NCBI RefSeq assembly: GCF_006345805.1
Contig: NC_042998.1
Span: 154,318,001 to 154,382,000, forward strand
Direction: 5' to 3'
Length of the DNA: 64,000 nt
Source: Octopus sinensis
Taxonomy: Eukaryota
In this document: positions 25,118 through 34,633 of the stretch, piece by piece
Position numbering within the stretch: position 1 is the first letter of the stretch
Layout of the letters: each line of letters opens with the position of its first letter
Notes under the pieces: generated by a model
What the model was told of the DNA's origin: nothing
Databases searched by the model: none
Seen by the model: the letters and a program-made list of their open reading frames with translations, nothing else
Position numbers and translations under genes: made by a program

Positions 25118-26448
25118 GTTGTTTGTGATGTCCTCTTTGATCCTTTACAGTTTGAAACTCTCTCCACAGGTGTAGTTTTTTCTGTGAATTATGAAAATTG
25201 CAAACTACTTTTTAATATTTTTTATTTGTTTTTTGAGGGATGGACATTTTGTAATTGATACCATCTGTATTTAGGTTTAGTGTTTGGACTTCATCACAAA
25301 AATTTCAATGTAAATGTTAATTTCTGTTTCCATGAAATATTTTGTAATGTTTTTTATAATTAATTTATGAAAAAATAAGTTGTTTTAATTTTCACAACTT
25401 TGCTACTGCATGCTATGGAAAGTACTTTGAGAAAATGGATGAATCTGATGTAGATATCTTCTAATGTAGATATTTTCAATAAAATTAGAACAAGTGTGTC
25501 AAACAAATAACATCCCATTCTTTACTTTCTTCAACCTCAAAACTTATCAAATAAATAAATGTTTCTGTTGCTCAGTGGAATGTTATGTGCATTTTGTATG
25601 AGAGATCAATCACTCATCCTTTCTGGTTAGTATTTTTATTGTTTTTTTTTAATCTATCTCTAGTTTTCATTTCCTATTATCTCTTCCAAGGAGATATTTA
25701 TCTCTCTAGCTTTATCTCTGACTCATTCTTCTTACCTATTTCTTTTTCTCTAATTTGAAAGAAACTAATTAATAGAAACAATGAAGAAAAGATAAAAGAA
25801 ATGTAAAGTACAATATAGATAAAATTAACATACATAAGTAATTCAAACATTTGATGCTTTACATGATAATATTGCATATAGGTAGTATTGAATGTGTAGT
25901 CTTATAAGACAACATTTCTGAAAGCTACAATTTTTATTATACACTTGTCACTTTTTCTACCTTAAGAGTTGTTATCTACTATATTTCACTCTTGGTAAAG
26001 AACTAAACAATCCTAACTATGGAATGGATGACATACTCTTATTATTGTATAACTGTACAGTTATTGTAGTTAAGCTTTAACAGATCTTAATATGCTGTAT
26101 TTCATTCTCATTTTCATACGGGAAAAAAGTTCATATAGCTAGGGTGAATCCCTAGTCCCAATGGATGAAGCATAGTAGCTACCCCACTGACCTGTGGATT
26201 TTAGAAAATATATCAGCAATATATAGCTGTATGGTAAAAAAAAAAGGTCACTTCGTAATAATATGATTCTGGATTTGTTTTCTCTGCATTGTATCTTGGG
26301 CAAATGTCTTTTATTATAAGTTCAAGTGACATTTGGTAGACACACACACATACAAAATGGACTTCATAACAGAAGAAAGGATGAATAGGCAGACAACAGG
26401 TGTCATGATATGTTTAAACTTATACAACAAATAGAGAAAAACAAATAC

Positions 26449-26847
26449 AAGTCCTCGTTTTGGCACTTTAAATTACCAGAAAATAATACTGCAGAAAATA
26501 ATTTACTGCAGTGGCTTTTGCCGGTGTTTGCTAAATTTTTCTTGAGAACATTTCTTAGTGGTCAGAACATTTCTTAGTGGTAAGACCATAGTAGATCTAC
26601 TTCTAGCATAAGGGTTGTCCACATAGTGGTCATCCATCTCATATGTCTATAATACAATTTACTGAACCATCAGACTTTAATATGCTAGACCACTGGTTTT
26701 AAATTGATGTTAATTAAATTAATATCCAATTTCTCACCCTCATTTTAAATTTAAATTAATATGTTCTCTAACCAGCAAAAGCCACTGCAGTAAATTATAT
26801 TCTGCAGTATTATTTTCCAGTAATTTAGCATGCCAAAACGAGGACTT
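26449..26847. mobile_element. MITE-like element with ~75-bp TIRs
   Basis: aagtcctcgttttggca...ctgcagtggcttttgc (26449-26521) is inverted at 26771-26847; its interior is repeated directly at 27066-27267. Confidence 0.65.
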
Positions 26848-27318
26848 TTGAAAAATAACTGCAAGTGTAATAGGTAGAACTATATACAGGTCTGGCCTTG
26901 TGTGGATGTCCCTTTATATAGTTCTGCAAATTATATTTGTATGGACGTTCACACTGAAGATCTACGGACATATTGCATAAGTAAAATTACACAATTCTAT
27001 TAATAGTGAAACATATATGTCACTAATCTATATTTATGTTACTTTTCATTTGTCTTGATGTTCTGGTGTTTGGTAAATTTTTCTTGAGAACATTTCTTAG
27101 TGGATCTACTTCTAGCATAAGGGTTATCCACATAGTGGTCATTCCTCTCATATGTATATAATACAATTTACTGAACCTTCAGACTTTAATATGCTAGACC
27201 ACTGGTGTTAAATTGATGTTAACTAAATTGATATCCAATTTCTCACACTCATTTTAAATTTAAATTTATATATACATGTCATGTGTGTGTATATATTCCC
27301 ATATATATATATATATTC

Positions 27319-27409
<91 letters not shown>

Positions 27410-27526
27410 CATATGTATATATATAAAATATAAATTAGAGATAAAAACCACTATTATACAACTCAAACAGTGATAGACATAAACCAAAACATAAATAACA
27501 AATAAAATATATTTTTATAAAACATA

Positions 27527-28434
27527 CAGGGTGTCCATAAAGTCTCTTTGCAATTTTAAAATTTTATTACAAAGGTAATTGACAAGATATCTTAACCAGA
27601 TTTATTTTATTGTAATAATTGTTTATTAAAGTTTTTCAACTGTTATTCAATAGACCTCAATATGGGCACCATTAGTTGCCTGAAGCACATCAAGACAGTA
27701 CTCGATTTCTTGCCATGTTCGCTGTAGGATAGCCTCATCAACGGTGGTAATGGCATTACGAATCCTTTGCTTTAAGTCAGCAATATCCCATATCTTTGTT
27801 TGATACATGATATCTTTTACATAACCCCATAAAAAGAAGTCCAATGGAGTGATATCTGGCGAATGCGGTGGCCATGGAATTGGCCCATACCTTCCAATCC
27901 ATCGGTCTAAAAATGTTTGATTGAGGAACTGACGAACATGCCGTCCCCAATGTGGTGGTGCACCATCTTGCTGGAAAATAATGGTTGATTGTAAATCAAT
28001 CAGTTGTGGTGCCACATATTCAGTCAGAAGGTCAAGGTAAACATCTGCAGTAATTGTTGCCTCGTTCAAGAAAAATGGACCAATTATTCAATTGCACATG
28101 ATTCCACACCACACATTCATTTTTGGACTATCCCGTTGAAGCTCTCTAGTCACATGGGGGTGTTCTGATCCCCAGATTCTCACATTGTGTCTGTTTAATT
28201 TCCCTGAAACATGAAAGTCACCTCATCACTAAAACAAACTCGCTTGAGGAATGCTTCATCCTCATTTTATAGGGTTTCAGTGAATCAGTTCCCTTCCATC
28301 AACAGAGTAAGTGAAACACAAAGATTTAATATCAATAAAAACTTATTAAAATAAAACAAATCTGGTTAAAATATCTCATAAACTGCCTTTGTAATAATTT
28401 TTTTAAATTGTAAAGAGACTTTATGGACACCCTG
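27527..28434 (-). mobile_element. Tc1/mariner DD41D (rosa-type) element, internally deleted, TA TSD
   Basis: TIRs cagggtgtccataaagtctcttt at both ends with TA at 27525-27526 and 28435-28436; FSDE...QQDGAPPH...WPPHSPDITPLDF with 41 residues between the 2nd and 3rd Asp; N-terminal DNA-binding region missing; one in-frame TGA. Confidence 0.92.
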
Positions 28435-29683
28435 TATAACTAGATCTCAAAAGTATAAAAATGAATAATCAGTATATAATAAGTAAAAAAGAATGAATTA
28501 TCAATATATAATAAGTAAAAAAACTACATATGTTTCATGGCTGCAATTAAATTCGAATTACAATTAAATTTAAATTTAATTGAAATGAATTCAATTTAAA
28601 ATTATAATCATTCTTCAGGTTAAAAATAATAGTTAAATAAATAAGCAAATAGAGTTAAACAATATTTATTTAAAAATAAATAAAATAATAATTTTTCTTA
28701 TAGAAGAAACTCCATTAACTAAATTTGAAACTTAAAACATTAGGATTAGTTTCCATCAACACATTTATTATTTTAAATATTTAATATTTAAGGTAAAAAA
28801 AAAAGTACAGTAAATAGATAGAAATATGTATTTATCTGCAAAGATATAATTTAGCTTAAAAAAACATTAATAAACTATAGAATATCTTTAACCCAATTAT
28901 ACTCCAATATTTAATTACCAAATTTTTTAACAAACTAATCACTATTAATATTTTTAGATTTTAGTTCGCATATAATAATTATAAAATAATAAATACATAA
29001 AAATAAGTATCTAAAATATAATCAACAAATATAGTAATTAAAAATCTAAATTTTTTCTATCAATAACCGTATAAACATATAACCAAAAATAAATTAGTCC
29101 ATTATTACTTACATAAATATTACTGATATCTATAGAAAATATCTATGAAATACAAAAATTGAAAAATTCAAATTAAAAATATATAACCTATCTTTATAAA
29201 ATACTTATTATTACTACTATCAAAAACATTTTTATGATCTGTATCGCAAACTAATATCTTAAAATTTACGTTCGGATATAATAATTATAAACTAATAATA
29301 ATTAAATAAATGTACATATCTAAATTATCATTAACAAATAAAAAAAATTATAAATTCAAATTTAACAATCAATAATATTTCTTAAATAAAAAAGTTTACT
29401 TATCTCTCAAAAAGCGTGTCATTAACTAAAAAACTTCAAAACGGAAAATGTCTTAAGTGTTTATAAAAACTCGTGGAATTACATTATTAACAGAAATAGA
29501 ACAAACAGATGGAAATATACATTTTATCAATGAAAACTACGAATATATTTTAGCTTTAATGGATAAAGAGAATAAAGTCACTAATAGAGAATAGAATCAC
29601 TCTACACTATAATGTCTTTCACTATAAAACTAAAATTTAGAATTAACTACGATAAATTATACTCAAAACTCTATAAATTGAAA

Positions 29684-30178
29684 TCTATATATATAAAACT
29701 GTAGTTGTGTGAGTGTCTGTCCCCTTCGATTTAGATTCCTAACTACTCCCACATTTTGCGGTGCAGTTTAACCAAATTTGGGTATCTTATAGTCGTGATT
29801 CATATCGAGCCCGTCTGGGTATTAGTGCACGTCTACGATGAGTCTACGATTTTAAAAATAATTTAACATCATTTTTATTCCATTTTAATGCATAATTTTT
29901 CGTGTGTCGATGGCGGCGGAGTTGGCGTCCATGGTCACACCTGCACCTGTTTGCTTCTCCCCCTTCTTCCCTCCCTCGTGAAGCTGTGGGGAAGGGAGTG
30001 TAAGGAAATCAACGTCGTAAAGCATTGTCAAGGAGACCAGCGTTCTTTTAGAACAACGACTTCATGGCTTGAAGACACCAAAACGGAAATGGCTAAGAAA
30101 GCCCGAATTGACATCTATAAAAATGCTTATATAGTTATTTCCCTTACAAACCCGAGCAACGCCGGGCGATACTGCTAG
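29684..30178 (+). mobile_element. Non-autonomous Helitron, 495 bp
   Basis: 5' TC (tctatatatataaaa), 3' hairpin cccgagcaacgccggg (30151-30166) followed by CTAG; inserted between A (29683) and T (30179); no TSD. Confidence 0.88.
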
Positions 30179-30946
30179 TAATTTATATAACTACTATTTA
30201 CTGTATATTCTCTAATAATCTTATACAAATTAATTTATTTCATATATATAAATATGATTATGTTGGAGCCAAATCTTTATTTAAAGAAAACAACTTTTAC
30301 ACACATTCTATATTAACTCAGTGCTAATTCAATCAGTATCTATATTATAGCTACTAATTAATAAACTTAAGTTAATTTAAAAACTATAATGTAATTAATA
30401 TTCATTAATAAATAATATTAATTAATTAAATAAACATCTAAATAAATCTAATTTGAAATATATAATATAAATACATTTTGATTAATATATAAAAAAAGTT
30501 ATTACAAACTATATATTACAAACTGTCATTTATAACAAATATATATTATATATCATATTAATCTTCAAACCAAATGCTAAAATAATAAATTAAACTTATA
30601 TAAGTAAAGTAATTTATATTTAAATCAAATACTTCGCTCATTAATTGAATAAATAAAGTACATATTATCATTATAAATAAATAGTTCATAAAGAAAATAT
30701 TTTTTTACTACATATTCAAAATTATTTATTTAACATTACTAAAACTATTACCATAAAATATATATATACTTAATACTATTAATGTTAATTGTTATCGCCA
30801 TATTAATATGGCATTCTTATAGATATAAGAATAATCGCTGCCGCTGGTCAGCTCCATGAGGCCACCGCCATCAAGATAGCTATTGATACACGATCTGTAT
30901 CCATTATAACCTTCGAACAAGGGAGGTCAGCCGCTTCACACTGCCA

Positions 30947-31006
30947 GTCCGACAGCTACAGATGCGTTTTGGGGTATTGCCCCTTGTTAATGTAGCGCAG
31001 TCAGAC
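30947..31006 (-). ncRNA. Degenerate hammerhead ribozyme copy (core mutated)
   Basis: Minus strand gctaca-TTAACAA-ggggcaatacccc-AAAA-cgcatc-tgtagc; G5 and G12 are replaced by A. Confidence 0.65.
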
Positions 31007-31145
31007 ACGCAGGTGTCGCCACTGACGTCTCTGTTCGAAGGTTTCTATTTACCTAGTTTCTATTATTGAAAACAAGTGGATGCATTCCACTGAAACTAGG
31101 TAAATAGAAATCTTTGAACAGAGACGTCAGTGGCGACACCTGCGG

Positions 31146-31205
31146 GTCTGACTGCGCTACATTGACAAGGGGCAATACCCCAAAACGCGTCTGTAGCTGT
31201 CGGAC
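31146..31205 (+). ncRNA. Minimal type I hammerhead ribozyme, U3-A8 variant, G12A mutated
   Basis: gctaca-TTGACAA-gggg caata cccc-AAAA-cgcgtc-tgtagc. Confidence 0.7.
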
Positions 31206-31510
31206 TGGCAGTGTGAAGCGGCTGACCTCCCTTGTTCGAAGGTTATAATGGATACAGATCGTGTATCAATAGCTATCTTGATGGCGGTGGCCTCATGGAG
31301 CTGACCAGCGGCAGCGATTATTCTTATATCTATAAGAATGCCATATTAATATGGCGATAACAATTAATTTTCAGTAAACGCTGCCGTAATCTCTTTTATA
31401 GAGACTTAGTAATTTTAATATTTCTATTATTGAAAACAAGTGGATGTATTCCACTGAAACTAGGTAAATAGAAACCTTCGAACAGAGACGTCAGTGGCGA
31501 CACCTGCGGG

Positions 31511-31570
31511 GTCTGACTGCGCTACATTGACAAGGGGCAATACCCCGAAACATGTCTGTAGCTGTCGGAC
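31511..31570 (+). ncRNA. Minimal type I hammerhead ribozyme, U3-A8 variant, intact core; predicted cleavage GUC after 31556
   Basis: Helix I gctaca/tgtagc extended by gtctgac/gtcggac; core UUGACAA (31527-31533); helix II gggg-caaua-cccc; GAAA (31547-31550); palindromic ACAUGU helix III. Confidence 0.82.
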
Positions 31571-31875
31571 TGGCAGTGTGAAGTGGCTGACCTCCCTTGT
31601 TCGAAGGTTATAATGGATACAGATCGTGTATCAATAGCTATCTTGATGGCGGTGGCCTCATGGAGCTGACCAGCGGCAGCGATTATTCTTATATCTATAA
31701 GAATGCCATATTAATATGGCGATAACAATTAATTTCCAGTAAACGCTGCCGTAATCTCTTTTATAGAGACTTAGTAATTTTAATATTTCTATTATTGAAA
31801 ACAAGTGGATGTATTCCACTGAAACTAGGTAAATAGAAACCTTCGAACAGAGACGTCAGTGGCGACACCTGCAGG

Positions 31876-31935
31876 GTCTGACTGCGATACATTGACAAGG
31901 GGCAATACCCCGAAACGCGTCTGTAGCTGTCGGAC
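31876..31935 (+). ncRNA. Minimal type I hammerhead ribozyme, U3-A8 variant, intact core; predicted cleavage GUC after 31921
   Basis: gataca-TTGACAA-ggggcaatacccc-GAAA-cgcgtc-tgtagc; palindromic ACGCGU; one mismatch in helix I. Confidence 0.82.
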
Positions 31936-31967
31936 TGGCAGTGTGAAGCGGCTGATCTCCCTTGTTC

Positions 31968-32749
31968 ATCATCATCATCATCATCATCGTTTAGCGTCCG
32001 CTTTCCATGCTAGCATGGGTTGGACGGGTCAACTGGGGTCTGTGAAGCTGGAAGGCTTCGTCAGGCCCAGTCAGATCTGGCAGTGTTTCTACGGCTGGAT
32101 GCCCTTCCTAACGCCAACCACCCCGCGAGTGTAGTGGGTGTTTTTTACGTGCCACCTGCACAGGTGCCAGACAGAGCTGGCGAACAGCCATGAACGGATG
32201 GTGCTTTTACGTGTCACCGGCACGGGGCCAGGCGATGCTGGCAACGGACACGAACGGATGGTGCTTTTACGTGCCACCGACATGGGGCCAGACAGAGCTG
32301 GCAAACGGCCACAAACGGACGGTACTTTTACGTGTCACCGGCACGGGGGCCAGCCGAGGCTGGCAACGGACGCGAACGGATGGTGCTTTTACGTGCCACC
32401 GACACGGTTGCCAGACAGAGCTGGCAAACAGCCACGAGCGGACGGTGCTTTTACGTGTCACCGGCACGGGGGCCAGCCGAGGCTGGCAACGGACACGAAC
32501 GGATGGTGCTTTTATGTGCCACCGACACGGGGCCAGACAGAGCTGGCAAATGGCCACGAACGGATGGTGCTTTTACGTGCCACCGACACGGTGCCAGACA
32601 GAGCTGGCAAACGGCCACGAACGGACGGTGCTTTTACGTGTCACCGGCACGGGGCCAGGCGAGGCTGGCAACGAACACGAACGGATGGTGCTTTTACGTG
32701 CCACCGACACGGGGCCAGGCAGAGCTGGCAAACGGCCACGAGCGAATGG
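31968..32749 (-). mobile_element. RTEX 3'-UTR-only insertion with an expanded ~60-bp repeat array, TSD TGTTC
   Basis: (ATC)n tail at 31968; TGTTC at 31963-31967 and 32750-32754; ten units of ggatggtgcttttacgtg...gctggcaa...cgaac. Confidence 0.88.
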
Positions 32750-33349
32750 TGTTCGAAGGTTATAATGGATACAGATCGTGTATCAATAGCTATCTTGATG
32801 GCGGTGGCCTCATGGAGCTGACCAGCGGCAGCGATTATTCTTATATCTATAAGAATGCCATATTAATATGGCGATAACAATTAATTTCCAGTAAACGCTG
32901 CCGTAATCTCTTTTATAGAGATTTAGTAATTTTAATATTTCTACTATTAATGTTGGTAGGCATATAATAAGCATAATAGTAATAACAATATCAATCACAA
33001 AAATAAAAAAAAAATTAAATAACTATCTTTTAATCTATATTCATTAAATAAATTATATATTTAGTAATTAAATAAACATCTAAATATAACCTAACTCTAT
33101 TTAAAAAAACCTTTACTAACTCTTATTGACTTATATTCAAATCACCTACAGAAGTGCAATCACAACACTACTATAATTAATTAATTAATTAATTTAATAA
33201 CAAATATTAATTTAGACTTATTAAATTATGTAATATACAATATATAATCACATGCTAAATTATAGAATAAATACTAGTACAAAATATAACTACAAATAAG
33301 AAACAAAAATAGGGTTTAAATATAGTCACTATTTATCTAAAAATTTATT

Positions 33350-34063
33350 ATATAAATAAAGTAATTTGTGTCTACATTTAATTTTACACTCGTCCAATGA
33401 ATTAACTAATTTATGATTATTAAATAATATTTCTTTAAATTCACTAATACATAAAAAGTATAGGAATTACTACCTATACTATATGATTTCACCTTGCAAA
33501 TTATCTCCCATTTTAAATTATGCTTAATTCGTTGAGATTTAAGTTCCCATATGTATTTGCTAAGCCCAGTAGAGTTAATAAGATTTCTATTCTTAAAGGA
33601 ATGTATATGCTGAGCTACTCTTAATTTAATTTTAGAGGAAGTAGACCCTATATAGATAGCATTTAAGTTATTATTATTCCTATTATTCACATTAATTAAA
33701 GCTACCATAACATTTATAAACAACATCATGTAAATTACATTTATTATTAAATTACTATTACTTTTATCTGTACATGTACAATCTATCAGTATGTTATCTT
33801 TATTATTGTTGGTATGATTATAAAATTTCGTTTTATAAAAATTATTCAACTTAAATTTGTCAAAAGAAGAAATAATGTTAGTTACATTATTAGTGGTAGA
33901 ATAACCAACTCCAAAATTATTACTAGAGAAAATTTTTTTATAGTTACGATTATTATGAATGAATTGTTCGATAATATTTAAAATCTCTTTAATAATATTA
34001 GTTTTAACTTGAGCCCCATAAGGAACAATTAACCAAATTTTATTCATATTAGTTATATTTTTA

Positions 34064-34094
<31 letters not shown>

Positions 34095-34115
34095 AATTAA
34101 CACTACTATTATTAA

Positions 34116-34151
<36 letters not shown>

Positions 34152-34633
34152 TACTATTTTATTATTATTATCATAATTATATTTCTTTTTAATGTTATTA
34201 AAATTATTATCATTTATTGAATTAAAATTAAAATTATCATCATTTATTGAAATAAATTCAAATTAAAATTAGTCTTATTTCTATTTTTATTTATATTTAT
34301 ATTTATGTTTTATTATTATTATTATTATCATCATCAATACTGTTATTATTATTATTATTATTATTACTACTACTATTACTACTATTATTGTTATTATAAT
34401 TATTATAATTGTTATTAATATTATTATTGTATCCTGCCTCTCGCAGGGCTTCATTATAATAAGGTGCATGTTTATTGAAAATCTCTAAATCATAACAAAA
34501 TAATGATATTCGTTTACTAGTATTATTTAGCAACGATTTTTTACTTGATGGTGGGTGATCACTATTAGCATTTATATATCTAAGGTTTTCATTAAATTTA
34601 TATGGTTGGGTTTTACCTGTTGATATATATATA
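33350..34633 (-). mobile_element. Second Naiad-like Penelope element (RT C-terminus, linker, GIY-YIG), frameshifted
   Basis: NSDHPP...KRIS, CTC linker, IYIGSTSSKIKLRVAQH, STGLSKYIWELK, and KCRHK at the C-terminus in a shifted frame; (AAT)n expansions. Confidence 0.85.

Larger units (their letters stand above)
30785..32945. repeat. 365-bp tandem array (3 units) with a head-to-head inverted copy, each unit carrying a hammerhead ribozyme
   Basis: Palindrome arms 30785-31060 and 31092-31367; units start at 31061, 31425 and 31790; unit 3 is interrupted by an insertion at 31968-32749. Confidence 0.92.

Noticed and set aside
28437-29683. Extremely AT-rich stretch resembling a mitochondrial insertion (NUMT)
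   Set aside because: No mitochondrial gene, rRNA or tRNA motif was recognisable; more likely decayed TE UTR.
31061-32749. CRISPR-like reading of the 365-bp and 60-bp arrays
   Set aside because: No unique spacers between repeats, no cas genes, eukaryotic context.
32138-32877. Three overlapping ORFs of 181-227 aa
   Set aside because: The antisense of a 60-bp tandem repeat in an RTEX 3' UTR that happens to lack stops.
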